A stretch of DNA of 64,000 bases from an uncultured Candidatus Entotheonella sp. (lineage in GTDB: Bacteria > Tectomicrobia > Entotheonellia > Entotheonellales > Entotheonellaceae). The stretch lies in contig CBDCDA010000002.1 of NCBI GenBank assembly GCA_965215335.1, positions 896,001 to 960,000 of the forward strand, given 5' to 3'. Each line of letters starts with the position of its first letter. Position 1 is the first letter of the stretch. A program made the translations under genes and the position numbers. Of the stretch, positions 20,238 to 29,814 are shown piece after piece. The notes beneath the pieces were generated by a model. The model made no database searches. It saw only the letters and a list, made by a program, of their open reading frames with translations, and had not been told where the DNA came from.

Positions 20238-21974
20238 TCAATGGGGTCGGGACGTGGGCTGCAAGCCGCGCAACTGCAGTTCCAGGGTATGGCGGTCGCG
20301 CCAGGTATTGATGACCGGGGTGAAGGCGATATCGAGCGCGCCGCCACCGGCCGCCGCTTCCGCCACTCGGTCGCCCTGCTGAAAGGCGATGACTTCCAGG
20401 CCGGCGCCATCCTGTTCGGCCCGAAAGCGCGCGTGTTGTCCCTCCTGGCCGAGGCGCCGGACAGGTGAGGCGATGTGCACGCCGCAGGCCGCGAAGACCG
20501 GCGCCGGATTGCCCGGCCCGTGCGGCGCCAGGGCCGCCAGCTCATGCACCAGCGCCTCGCTGATGTCAGCGAGTGATATGACCGCTTCCAGCCGCAGGAC
20601 AGGCCGCAGATCGTCCGCTCCGAGGCGGTCGTCGGCGTAGCGGATGAAGGCTTCCTGCAGGGCCGGCAGGTGCTCGGCGGCCATGGTCAGCCCGGCCGCG
20701 TAGCGATGCCCGCCGAACTGCTGCAGCCATTCGGAACAGTGCTGCAGGCCGCCGTACAAGTCGAACGCCGGAATGCTTCGTCCTGAGCCCCTGGCGGTAC
20801 CGCCGTTGATCTGCAGCAGAAACGTCGGGCGGTGATAGGTTTCGGCGATGCGGGCGGCGACGATGCCCACCACTCCCAGATGCCAATCCGCGTCGCCCAG
20901 CACGATGGCCGCTGGCGGCGCGCCGCCATACTGCTGCCCGATGCGTTCGTGCACCGTCTGTTCGACGTTCTGCTGCAGGGTGCGGCGCTGCTGGTTCACC
21001 GCGTCGAGCCATTCCGCCAGGCGCCCGGCCTCTGCGCGGTCACGGGCCATGAGCAGTTCCAGGCTCTGCGCCGCCGACCCCAGGCGCCCGCTGGCATTGA
21101 GGCGCGGCGCCAGTTGAAAGCCCACCTCGCCGACGCTCGCCGCCTTGTCCTGGCGACCGCTCACCTGGCGCAATGCCTGCAGACCCGGCTTGCGCGTCTG
21201 CGTCAGCTCCTGCAGGCCGTGGTGCACGATGACACGGTTCTCCCCGCGAATCGGGGTCACGTCCGCAATCGTTCCCAGCGTTACCAGATCGAGGTGCCGT
21301 TTGAGGTTTGGCAGCCGCTCGGGCAGTATCCCCGCCTGCCGCATGGACGCCCGCAGCGCGGTCAGCAGCTTGAACACCAGGCCGACGCCGCACAGGTACT
21401 TGTTCGGATAGCCGCACGCCGGCTGGTGCGGGTTCAGCACCGCCAGCGCCGCCGGCAGCGCTGCCGGCGGCTGGTGGTGATCCGTGATGATGGTGTCGAT
21501 GCCCAGCTCGCGCGCCAGCGCCACCTCCGCCAACGCCGTGCTGCCGCAATCCACCGTGATCAGCAGGCGCGTGCCCTGCTGCGCCAGCCGGTGCATCGCC
21601 GCGGCGTTGAGCCCGTAGCCCTCGCTCTCGCGTTCCGGAATGTAGGACGCCACCCGTAGCCCCAGCGCTTCGAAGAACGTCATGAGGAGCGCCGTGCCGG
21701 TGACGCCGTCGACGTCGTAGTCGCCGTACACCGCTATCGGCTCGCTTTGCTGCACGGCGGCGATGATGCGGCGGACCGCCGCGGCCATGCCGAGGAGTTG
21801 ATAGGGATCATGCAGGTCGTGCAGCGATGGCGTCAGAAACGTCCGCGCCGATGCGGCATCCGTGATGCCGCGATTGACCAGAACCTGGCAGAGCAGGGGG
21901 GAGAGGGACAGTTCGGCGGCCAGCCGGACCTGGGCGGCGGGATCGGGGGTGGCAACCTGCCATTGCGTCAGCAC
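20238..21974 (-). CDS. recJ: Single-stranded-DNA-specific exonuclease
   Basis: YGDYDVDG, EGYG, TVDCG, TDHH, APRLNASGR, GSGRS, GGHRYAAG. Confidence 0.96.
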   Translation of the reverse strand: MLTQWQVATPDPAAQVRLAAELSLSPLLCQVLVNRGITDAASARTFLTPSLHDLHDPYQLLGMAAAVRRIIAAVQQSEPIAVYGDYDVDGVTGTALLMTFFEALGLRVASYIPERESEGYGLNAAAMHRLAQQGTRLLITVDCGSTALAEVALARELGIDTIITDHHQPPAALPAALAVLNPHQPACGYPNKYLCGVGLVFKLLTALRASMRQAGILPERLPNLKRHLDLVTLGTIADVTPIRGENRVIVHHGLQELTQTRKPGLQALRQVSGRQDKAASVGEVGFQLAPRLNASGRLGSAAQSLELLMARDRAEAGRLAEWLDAVNQQRRTLQQNVEQTVHERIGQQYGGAPPAAIVLGDADWHLGVVGIVAARIAETYHRPTFLLQINGGTARGSGRSIPAFDLYGGLQHCSEWLQQFGGHRYAAGLTMAAEHLPALQEAFIRYADDRLGADDLRPVLRLEAVISLADISEALVHELAALAPHGPGNPAPVFAACGVHIASPVRRLGQEGQHARFRAEQDGAGLEVIAFQQGDRVAEAAAGGGALDIAFTPVINTWRDRHTLELQLRGLQPTSRPH

Positions 21975-21995
21975 GATAGGCTTCCCTCGCCGCGG

Positions 21996-22436
21996 TTATT
22001 CGTTCACACCCTGCGGCTCGGCTTCCGGCGCATCCCCGCGTTTGGAGGAAGGGCTGAGAAACTCCGAGATTTTTCCGAGGAGGCCCCGCTTGGGAAGACC
22101 TCGTTCGGAAGCGGCGAAGCGATTGCCGGTGGCGTCGGCGGGGAAGAGGGTCTTGCGGGATTTCATGCCCCAGGTGTTCTCACTCACCCGATGGCAGGTG
22201 CGGCACTGCGTGGCGGTCGTGTACGGCACGCGGTCATAGAGGGCTTGCATGCGAGGAGCATGGTTGGCGACCTCGAAGGTGCGGTGAATGTGGCACGTCT
22301 GGCAATAGGTGGTGATGACCGTGTTGCTCTCGTCCCCGGGCAATTTGCCCTTGAGAGCCAGGTCGAGCGGCTCGGGAATGCAGGCAGTCGACAAGAAGAG
22401 AGGAACGGTCAGGCAAAGGAACCAGCGGTGCAGCAC
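21996..22436 (-). CDS. Putative diheme c-type cytochrome lipoprotein
   Basis: Lipobox-like LSTAC; two CxxCH motifs (CQTCH, CRTCH). Confidence 0.7.
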   Translation of the reverse strand: MLHRWFLCLTVPLFLSTACIPEPLDLALKGKLPGDESNTVITTYCQTCHIHRTFEVANHAPRMQALYDRVPYTTATQCRTCHRVSENTWGMKSRKTLFPADATGNRFAASERGLPKRGLLGKISEFLSPSSKRGDAPEAEPQGVNE

Positions 22437-22475
22437 GCGCGGCCTCTAGCGAAAAACGGGGAACGGCGAAAAAGA

Positions 22476-22547
<72 letters not shown>

Positions 22548-22571
22548 TCGGTATGGCATACGGCGCCCGTG

Positions 22572-22600
22572 ACCTTACACAAGTCGCCGGGTCGTGTCAA
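22572..22600 (-). promoter_or_regulatory. Sigma70-like promoter for tRNA-Gly (and possibly the downstream recJ-gsp genes)
   Basis: TTGACA-17 bp-TAAGGT on the minus strand. Confidence 0.6.
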
Positions 22601-22642
22601 TTGGTCCCGGCCATCAATCCGGGGAAGGAGGAGGCAGGTGTT

Positions 22643-22672
22643 TTGACAGCTTCGCAAGCGGTGGCGTATGAT
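22643..22672 (+). promoter_or_regulatory. Sigma70-like promoter for the LLM oxidoreductase
   Basis: TTGACA-18 bp-TATGAT. Confidence 0.6.
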
Positions 22673-22735
22673 GCCGCGGCGCGGGGCGGTCCCCAGAAGA
22701 CCAATGGCAGGCTTTCCAGACAGGAGGCGCTCGTA

Positions 22736-23959
22736 ATGAAAGTGAATTGGTTCCACCTCATGCCCTACCCGTATCTGCCGGACGATTTCAAGCAGAAATA
22801 CCGCAGCGTGTGGGTCGACGTGCCGAGCGAATTGTATGACCCGGAGAAAGGGCACACCGTTTATAACGACTATCTGGACGAACTGGAATTCGCCGAACAG
22901 TCGGGTTTTGACGGCCTTTGCGTGAACGAGCATCATGCCAACGCCTACGGTCTCATGCCGTCGCCGAACCTGATGGCAGCGACGTTGACACGGCGCACCT
23001 CGCATGCGGCCCTGGTGGTTTTGGGCAACTCCATCGCCTTGTACAACCCGCCGGTGCGGGTGGCGGAAGAGTTTGCCATGCTCGACGTCATGAGCGGCGG
23101 CCGGCTGGTGGCCGGCTTTCCGGTCGGCAGCTCGATGGATACCAACTATGCGTACGGCGAGGCGCCCGCCTCGCTGCGCGACAAGTACCGCGAGGCGCAC
23201 GACCTGATCATCCAGGCGTGGACGCGGCCCGAGCCGTTCCCGTTCAACGGCAAGCACACCCAATTGCGCTACGTCAACATCTGGCCGCGTCCGCTGCAGC
23301 AGCCGCACCCGCCGATCTGGATTCCCGGCGGTGGCAGCATCGAGACGTGGGACTGGTGCCTGGAGCACGATTACTGCTATTGCTACCTGAGCTATTTCGG
23401 CTACAAGCGCGGCAAGAACGTGCTGGACGGTTTCTGGGAGGTGGTGGACCAGCGGGGCGTGGACCCCAACCCGTACCGGGTCGGCTTTCTGCAACTCGTG
23501 GCGGTGGCTGATACGGACGCGCAGGCCGAGCAGCTGTATGCGGAGCACGCCGACTATTTCTACAACCGCTGCCTGCACATCTACGAGGGCTTTGCCGACG
23601 CGCCGGGCTATCGCACCGTGGAGACGCTGCGGCGTGGTTTCAAGCCGCAGTTCGGCGCCGCCGCCACACAGGCGCGCGACAAGCTCACCTGGAAGGATTT
23701 CGTGGAGCAGGGCTACGTGATCGGCGGCAGCCCGGAGAGCGTGCGGCAGCAGTTGTCGCAAGCCATGCGCGACATGCGCGTCGGGCATCTGATGGTGCTG
23801 TGCCATTTCGGCAACATGCCGCCGGAATTGACGCGCCACAATACGGAGCTGTTTGCGAAGGAAGTGATGCCCCACATGAAGACCATGTGGGGCGAGTACG
23901 AGGACTCCTGGTGGCCGCAGCCTGCGGCGGAGCGAGCGGTGCCGGCGCCCTTGGCGTAA
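22736..23959 (+). CDS. LLM class flavin-dependent oxidoreductase (luciferase-like)
   Basis: RBS CAGGAGG; GFDGLCVNEHH, PVRVAEEFAMLDVMSGGRL, PLQQPHPPIW, ELFAKEVMP. Confidence 0.92.
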   Translation: MKVNWFHLMPYPYLPDDFKQKYRSVWVDVPSELYDPEKGHTVYNDYLDELEFAEQSGFDGLCVNEHHANAYGLMPSPNLMAATLTRRTSHAALVVLGNSIALYNPPVRVAEEFAMLDVMSGGRLVAGFPVGSSMDTNYAYGEAPASLRDKYREAHDLIIQAWTRPEPFPFNGKHTQLRYVNIWPRPLQQPHPPIWIPGGGSIETWDWCLEHDYCYCYLSYFGYKRGKNVLDGFWEVVDQRGVDPNPYRVGFLQLVAVADTDAQAEQLYAEHADYFYNRCLHIYEGFADAPGYRTVETLRRGFKPQFGAAATQARDKLTWKDFVEQGYVIGGSPESVRQQLSQAMRDMRVGHLMVLCHFGNMPPELTRHNTELFAKEVMPHMKTMWGEYEDSWWPQPAAERAVPAPLA

Positions 23960-24001
23960 CGTTGTGCGGGCGCATCGGGAAACCCGTCCGCGTTTCTCCG
24001 C

Positions 24002-25774
24002 CTAGAATTCCCAGAACATCGGAATCAGCATCACCGCAGTGCCCCACACCAGAATGCTGAGCGGCAATCCCAGTTTGACGTAATCGCTGAAGCGGTACCC
24101 GCCCGGCCCGAAGACCATCAGGTTGGTCTGATAGCCGATAGGGGTGACGAAGCTCGCCGCCGAGCCGGTCATGATGGCGATGGCAAACGGCATGGGGTCG
24201 GTCCCCAGGGTGTCGGCGGTGTGCAAGGCGATGGGGAACATCAGCACCGCCGCGGCCTTGGCGTTGATGATGTTGGTGAACAGCATGGTGACGCCGCAAA
24301 TCACCGCCAGCAGCAGGCGCGGGTCGCTACCGGCCATCGCCAGCAGTCCGGTCGTCATCCAGGTGGCCGCACCGCTCGTTTCCATGGCGCGCCCGATGCC
24401 GAGCGACGCCGCGATGATGAGCAGCATTTGCCAATCGACGCTGCGCAGGGCCGCCGCCGCGGTGCAACAGCCGGTGGCGATCATCAGACCGGTGACGATC
24501 AAGGCGGCGTTGAGCATGCTCATGGGCGTCAGCGTGACGGCCAACACCATGGCGCCGAGCAGCAACAGGGCCAGGGGCGCTTTGTCGTGGCGCGGCGGTG
24601 CCGAGTCTTCGATCTGCGAGACCAGGTAAAAATCACGGCTGTTGCGCTGCTGATCGGCGAACGAGGCGCGGGCTTCCAGCAGCAGCGTATCGCCCGCCTG
24701 CAGGGCGATGTCGCCAACCTTGCCGTGGAGGCGCTGTCCGTTGCGTGCCACGGCAATGACGGCGGCATGGTAGCGGCTGCGGAACTGCCCGCGGCGAATC
24801 GTTTGGCCGATGATGGGGCAGGTGTCCGATACGACGGCCTCGACGAGGCGGCGGTTGGGGCGCGGTTCGTCGATCTTGTAGACCTGGTCGGTGGCGGGTT
24901 CCAGGCCGCGAATTCTCTGCAAGTCAACGACCGATTCGACGATGCCCACGAACACCAGCCGGTCTTGCTCACGCAACGTCACGTTGGACGACACGGCTGG
25001 CAGCACCTCCCCCAGGCGGTCGATTTCCATCAAATAGAGTCCCGGCAGGTGCCGCAGGCCGGCTTCCTCGATCGTCTTGCCCGCCAAGTGGCTGCCAACC
25101 GAAACCACCATTTCCACCGTGTATTGTCGCACGTCGTCTTGCGGGCTGAGGACCGGGCGGCGATCCGGCAGCAGGCGGCTGCTGCACAGCAGCAGGAACA
25201 CCAGGCCCACCACGGCGCAGGGCAGGGTGACGGCGGTGATGTCGAACATGCCGAGGCTTTTGTCGGCGCCGAGTTCGGACAGAATGAGGCCATTGACGAC
25301 CAGGATGGTGCTGGTGCCGATGAGGGTGCAGGCGCCGCCGAGGATGGAGGCGAAGGACAGCGGGATGAGCAGTTTGGAGATGGAAATGCCCTGTTTGCGC
25401 GCCCAGTCGTGCAGGACGGGGAGCATGGCTGCCACCAGCGGGGTGTTGTTCATAAAGGCGCTGAGCGCCGCTACCGGTCCCATGATGCGCACCTGCGCGG
25501 CGCCGAGCGAGTGCGGTCGGCCGAGCAATGGCTCCGCCAGCCAGTGCATGGCGGCGGTCTCGCGCAGGCCGGTGACCACCGCGAACAGTACCGCAACGGT
25601 GATCATGCCGGGATTGGCAAAGCCGGCGAGCATGTCCTTTTCGGTGACGATCCCCAGGGTGAACAGGAGCGTCAGGCCACCTAGCAGCACGAGGTGTGGC
25701 GATAGCCGGGTGCAGATGAGCAGCCCCAGCAGAACCACAATCACAGCCAGCGTAATGAGGGACTCCAGACCCAT
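24002..25774 (-). CDS. SLC13/DASS family permease with TrkA-C domains
   Basis: SAFMNNTP, GGACTLIGTS, TPIGYQTNLMVFGPGGYRF. Confidence 0.92.
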   Translation of the reverse strand: MGLESLITLAVIVVLLGLLICTRLSPHLVLLGGLTLLFTLGIVTEKDMLAGFANPGMITVAVLFAVVTGLRETAAMHWLAEPLLGRPHSLGAAQVRIMGPVAALSAFMNNTPLVAAMLPVLHDWARKQGISISKLLIPLSFASILGGACTLIGTSTILVVNGLILSELGADKSLGMFDITAVTLPCAVVGLVFLLLCSSRLLPDRRPVLSPQDDVRQYTVEMVVSVGSHLAGKTIEEAGLRHLPGLYLMEIDRLGEVLPAVSSNVTLREQDRLVFVGIVESVVDLQRIRGLEPATDQVYKIDEPRPNRRLVEAVVSDTCPIIGQTIRRGQFRSRYHAAVIAVARNGQRLHGKVGDIALQAGDTLLLEARASFADQQRNSRDFYLVSQIEDSAPPRHDKAPLALLLLGAMVLAVTLTPMSMLNAALIVTGLMIATGCCTAAAALRSVDWQMLLIIAASLGIGRAMETSGAATWMTTGLLAMAGSDPRLLLAVICGVTMLFTNIINAKAAAVLMFPIALHTADTLGTDPMPFAIAIMTGSAASFVTPIGYQTNLMVFGPGGYRFSDYVKLGLPLSILVWGTAVMLIPMFWEF

Positions 25775-25810
25775 GCCAAACTCCGTGAAGGGATGCGGTC
25801 GGCCGTCGCT

Positions 25811-26221
25811 CTATCCCTGGCGATCCGGCCCGGCGCTTTCAATGGTGATGCGGATGAGCACGCGCTGGTCCCGCTGCATGGCGCGTCGGTAATCGTCCCA
25901 GTCGGGGTGCTCGCCGGCGAGTTGCCGATAATAGTCCACCAGCGGTTCCATGGCCTCGGGCAGAGAGACGATTTCGGCGGTGCCGTTGACCTGTACCCAC
26001 GGGCCGGTGAATTCGTCGACGAAAACGCACAGCGATGCCTGCGGGTGACGGCGCAGGTTGCGGACCTTGTAGGCGGTTTCTCGGCTGCTGACAATCGCCC
26101 GCCCGGCGGCGTCGAGGCCGACGGTAACCGGCGACATCTGAATCTGGCCGTTGCGGCGTGTGGTGGCGAGAACCGCGCATTCGTTATCACGCAGGAATTG
26201 TTGCGCCTCGGCGATATCCAT
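25811..26221 (-). CDS. PPOX class (probably F420-dependent) oxidoreductase
   Basis: AVLATTRRNG..QMSPV, KVRNLRRHP, WVQVNGTAE. Confidence 0.85.
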   Translation of the reverse strand: MDIAEAQQFLRDNECAVLATTRRNGQIQMSPVTVGLDAAGRAIVSSRETAYKVRNLRRHPQASLCVFVDEFTGPWVQVNGTAEIVSLPEAMEPLVDYYRQLAGEHPDWDDYRRAMQRDQRVLIRITIESAGPDRQG

Positions 26222-26253
26222 GGCTTGTTCCTTCATGTCGGCAAGGGTGGGTT

Positions 26254-27072
26254 TCAAATCCGTTCGCTCGTTTGGCTCAATGCCCGACGCGACACCATAC
26301 CGTTCAAACGGCGCACCACCGAACGCGGCAACACCGCGATGAGTGTCGTCAGCACCTGGTAGAGCGGTCCGGGTATGCACACCAGGGTGCCGTGGCGCAG
26401 GGCGGCCAGCGACGCCTCGACCACGTAGTCGGGGCTCATCCAGGCGAAGGACGGGACGTTCTGCAAGGCGGCGCCGGTGCGTTCCTGGAACTCGGTGCGC
26501 GTGAAGCCGGGGCACAGGGCCTGGACGCGCACGCCGGTGCCGCGCAGTTCTTCGTGCAGGGCCTCGGTGAAGCTGTTGACGAACGCCTTGCTGGCGTTGT
26601 AAGTGGCATGGTACGGGCCGGGCAGCAGCCCTCCTACGGAGGACACGTTGATGATGCCGCCCAGGCCGCGGGCGATCATCCCTGGCAGTGCGGCGTGGGT
26701 GAGGCGGGAGAGTGCCACGACGTTCAGGCGAACCGCGGCTTCGTCACGGTCTGGATCCAGCGCCGCGAAGCGCCCGATGGTGCCGAGGCCGGCGTTGTTC
26801 ACCAGGACCGTCAGGGCGGCATCGCTCGCCACGTGGCTCTCGATGGCTTGCAGGTCCGTGGCTTGGGTGAGATCGGCCACCCGTACCTGCACGGCCACCT
26901 CGTAGCGGTTGCGCAGGCCGTCGGCCAGGGTTTCCAGTCGTGCGCGCCGCCGGGCGACGATCACCAAGTCGAAGCCGCGGCGCGCCAGCGCCTCGGCGAA
27001 TGCTGCACCCAGCCCCGACGAGGCGCCCGTTACCCAAGCTCGCCGCCGGGTGCGGCGGCCCAATCCTCGCAT
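26254..27072 (-). CDS. Short-chain dehydrogenase/reductase
   Basis: TGASSGLG, NNAG, YNASK. Confidence 0.93.
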   Translation of the reverse strand: MRGLGRRTRRRAWVTGASSGLGAAFAEALARRGFDLVIVARRRARLETLADGLRNRYEVAVQVRVADLTQATDLQAIESHVASDAALTVLVNNAGLGTIGRFAALDPDRDEAAVRLNVVALSRLTHAALPGMIARGLGGIINVSSVGGLLPGPYHATYNASKAFVNSFTEALHEELRGTGVRVQALCPGFTRTEFQERTGAALQNVPSFAWMSPDYVVEASLAALRHGTLVCIPGPLYQVLTTLIAVLPRSVVRRLNGMVSRRALSQTSERI

Positions 27073-27282
27073 TGCGGTGTCCTTTCATCTGGGTCGCCCG
27101 CATCTTGGCGGCGCGGCGCCCGTGGGACAGGTCTCGAACCTGGCGCCCTGTTTCCTGATCCGTTCAATGGTTCCATTGTACACAACCCTCGCCCGTACCG
27201 GAAACGGCCCTCCCCTTGACTTGATCGGTTATAATTATTTCACTTCGGTGTTGCCTGTCTTCGCCTGGCAAGGAAATCCCTC

Positions 27283-27769
27283 GTGTCGATTGAAGCAACC
27301 ATCGCCACCGGCCTGATCGAACGCGGTTGGCGCCTGGCGCTGGCCGAGACCACCACTGGCGGTCTGATTTCGGCGCGTTTCGTGCGCCTGCCGGGCAGCT
27401 CGGCGTATTTCGACCGTGGCGTCGTGGCCTACAGCCAGATGGCGAAGGTCCAGGCGCTCGGCATCGACCCGGGCGTTACCAAGGTGCACGGCGTGGTCAG
27501 CGTCGCGTCGGCCCGCGCCATGGCGGCGGGATTGCAGCGGCTCAGTCAGGCCGAACTGGTGTTGGCCGAGACGGGCATCGCCGGGCCAATCCGCGGGCGC
27601 TCTCCCAAGCCGCTGGGGACGACGTACTTCGCGCTTCACACCCCGACTGGCATGCTGGATGCCGAGGCACGGTTCGATGGCGATCGCCATGGCATTCAGG
27701 AACAGATCGTCAACCACGCGCTCGACATCATGGCCGGCTACCTTGGCGCCGCCGCGGTGGGGGGGTTAG
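27283..27769 (+). CDS. CinA/PncC-like NMN deamidase family protein (stop probably shifted by a G7 homopolymer)
   Basis: LAETTTGGLI, PGSSAYF, TGIAGP. The domain ends ~27760; TAG at 27767 would be in frame with one G fewer. Confidence 0.75.
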
Positions 27770-28717
27770 ATGGAAGTCATGCCGGTCGTGCGGCCTGCCG
27801 CCCTTCAGGAAGGCGACTGCATTGGCCTGGCGGCGCCGGCCAGCCCGTTCCGGGAGGCGGCGCTGCACGAGGGTATCGAGGTGCTGCAGGAGATGGGTTT
27901 TCGGGTGCGCTACGAGCCGCGCGTGTTCGAGCGCTACCGTTATCTTGCCGGCCGGGACGTCGAGCGCGCCGCCGAGTTGCAGACCCTGTTCGCCGATCCG
28001 GACATCAAGGCCATTTTCTGCTGCCGTGGCGGTTACGGCTCGCAGCGGCTGCTTCCCTTCCTCGACGCCAGCGCCATCCGCGCCCATCCCAAGCTCTTCA
28101 TGGGCTACAGTGACCTCACGAGCTTGCTGTGCTATTTCGACGCCTGCTGTGGACTTGCGGCCCTGCACGGCCCCGTGGTGTGTGGCGATTTTCGTCGCGA
28201 TCTGAGTGCCGCGGCGCGGCGGCAGTTGCTGGGTGTGCTGACGGGGGACATGGAGGCCATGCAACCGCCGGATGCCTGTCAGGAGGGCCTCACGGTGCTG
28301 CAGGCAGGCGACGCCGAGGGACGCTTGTCGGGAGGGTGCCTGTCGGTGTTTGCCGGCGCCATCGGTACGCCGTTCCAGCCAGGCACGCGGGGCGCCATTT
28401 TGTTCCTGGAGGATCAGAGGGAGCGCCTGTACGCCATCGACCGTCTGCTGACGATGCTGAAACTCTCTGGTCTCCTCAAGGGCGTGCGCGGCCTCGTGTT
28501 CGGGCGCTTCGAACGGGTCGAGGCCGACGCCCATTTGTCCTACGACGCCAAGGACGTCATTGTCGACGTGCTAGGGGAACTGGGCATTCCGATTCTGTAC
28601 GGCTTTCCCTCGGGCCACTGCCCGCAGCCGTTGACCCTGCCGTTTGGCGTTGGAGCGGCGATTCGCGGTGGGCGGCTGGTGCTGTGCGAGTCGCCGGTCA
28701 CGGCGCGGGATTGTTGA
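27770..28717 (+). CDS. ldcA: Muramoyltetrapeptide LD-carboxypeptidase (peptidase S66)
   Basis: RGGYGS, GYSD, FLED and SGH catalytic motifs. Confidence 0.9.
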   Translation: MEVMPVVRPAALQEGDCIGLAAPASPFREAALHEGIEVLQEMGFRVRYEPRVFERYRYLAGRDVERAAELQTLFADPDIKAIFCCRGGYGSQRLLPFLDASAIRAHPKLFMGYSDLTSLLCYFDACCGLAALHGPVVCGDFRRDLSAAARRQLLGVLTGDMEAMQPPDACQEGLTVLQAGDAEGRLSGGCLSVFAGAIGTPFQPGTRGAILFLEDQRERLYAIDRLLTMLKLSGLLKGVRGLVFGRFERVEADAHLSYDAKDVIVDVLGELGIPILYGFPSGHCPQPLTLPFGVGAAIRGGRLVLCESPVTARDC

Positions 28718-28719
28718 AC

Positions 28720-29814
28720 ATGCGGCAACTCGATGCTTATCTTCGGCAATCCGTAGCCTGCGGTGACGTGCCAGGAGCGGTCGTGTGCGTGGCGCACCGG
28801 GGCGAGGTGGTGTGGCACGAAGCGTACGGCGCCGCGGCGTGGGTGCCGGAACGACGTGTGATGCGGTGCGAGACGCTTTTCGATATCGCCTCGCTGACCA
28901 AGGTAATGGCCACGACGCCGCTGGTGCTGGGGGCGCATCGGGATGGCGTCCTGCGGTTGGACGATCCGCTGCGGCGTTTCTACCCGACCGTGCGGGGAGA
29001 CGTGGGGGCGGTTACCGTTCGGCAATTGCTGTCGCACAGCGGCGGGTTTGCCGCCTGGTTGCCCCTGTACACCATGCTGGGGGCGGGCGGCACGGCATGG
29101 CAACGGCGACGGCACGCGACGGCGCTGATTGTGCAGGAACCGCTGGCCTATCGGCCGGGGCAAGCGTCGGTCTACAGCGATTTGGGGTTCATCGTGCTCG
29201 GCGACATTCTGGAAACGTGTTATGGGCAGTCGCTCGAGGTCCTGTTCGAGCAACGGGTAGCCCGGCCGTTGCACCTGCGCCGGGTCGCCTATCGGCCGCT
29301 CGACGCATCGGCGTCCGGCGGTGATGCGTCGGCTTGCGCCGCCACGGAGCGTTGCGACTGGCGCGGACGGGTATTGTCGGGTGAGGTGCACGACGCCAAC
29401 GCCTGGGCCATGGGCGGTGTTGCCGCACACGCCGGCCTGTTCGCCACCGCCGCCGGGGTGTGGGAGTTTGCGTGCGCCATGCTGGAAGCCGCCGCCGGAC
29501 GGCGCGGCTGGCTACCAGCCGCCTTGTTGCGTCGGAGCTGGCAGCGGCAGGGCGCGCCGTCGGGCACCACGCGGGCTCTGGGATGGGACACGCCGACGCC
29601 GGGGCGCTCCAGCGCCGGATCGTTTTTCAGCGCGAAAGCCGTTGGGCATCTGGGGTTCACGGGGTGTAGCCTGTGGATCGACCTCGAGCGGCAGGTCAGC
29701 GTTGTTCTCTGCACCAATTGCGTGCATCCATCGCGGCGGGCCGACAGCATGGCCCGGCTGCGGCCGCGGGTGCACGACCTCGTCATGGGCGCCTTGGGAG
29801 TGGCCACGGCGTGA
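28720..29814 (+). CDS. Beta-lactamase-family serine hydrolase (likely peptidoglycan-recycling amidase)
   Basis: FDIASLTK (SxxK), LLSHSGG, YSDLG, GEVHDANA, GHLGFTG. Confidence 0.85.
   Translation: MRQLDAYLRQSVACGDVPGAVVCVAHRGEVVWHEAYGAAAWVPERRVMRCETLFDIASLTKVMATTPLVLGAHRDGVLRLDDPLRRFYPTVRGDVGAVTVRQLLSHSGGFAAWLPLYTMLGAGGTAWQRRRHATALIVQEPLAYRPGQASVYSDLGFIVLGDILETCYGQSLEVLFEQRVARPLHLRRVAYRPLDASASGGDASACAATERCDWRGRVLSGEVHDANAWAMGGVAAHAGLFATAAGVWEFACAMLEAAAGRRGWLPAALLRRSWQRQGAPSGTTRALGWDTPTPGRSSAGSFFSAKAVGHLGFTGCSLWIDLERQVSVVLCTNCVHPSRRADSMARLRPRVHDLVMGALGVATA

Noticed and set aside
27283..28113. 276-aa CinA fusion protein
   Set aside because: The extension is low-complexity out-of-frame ldcA sequence caused by the G7 tract.
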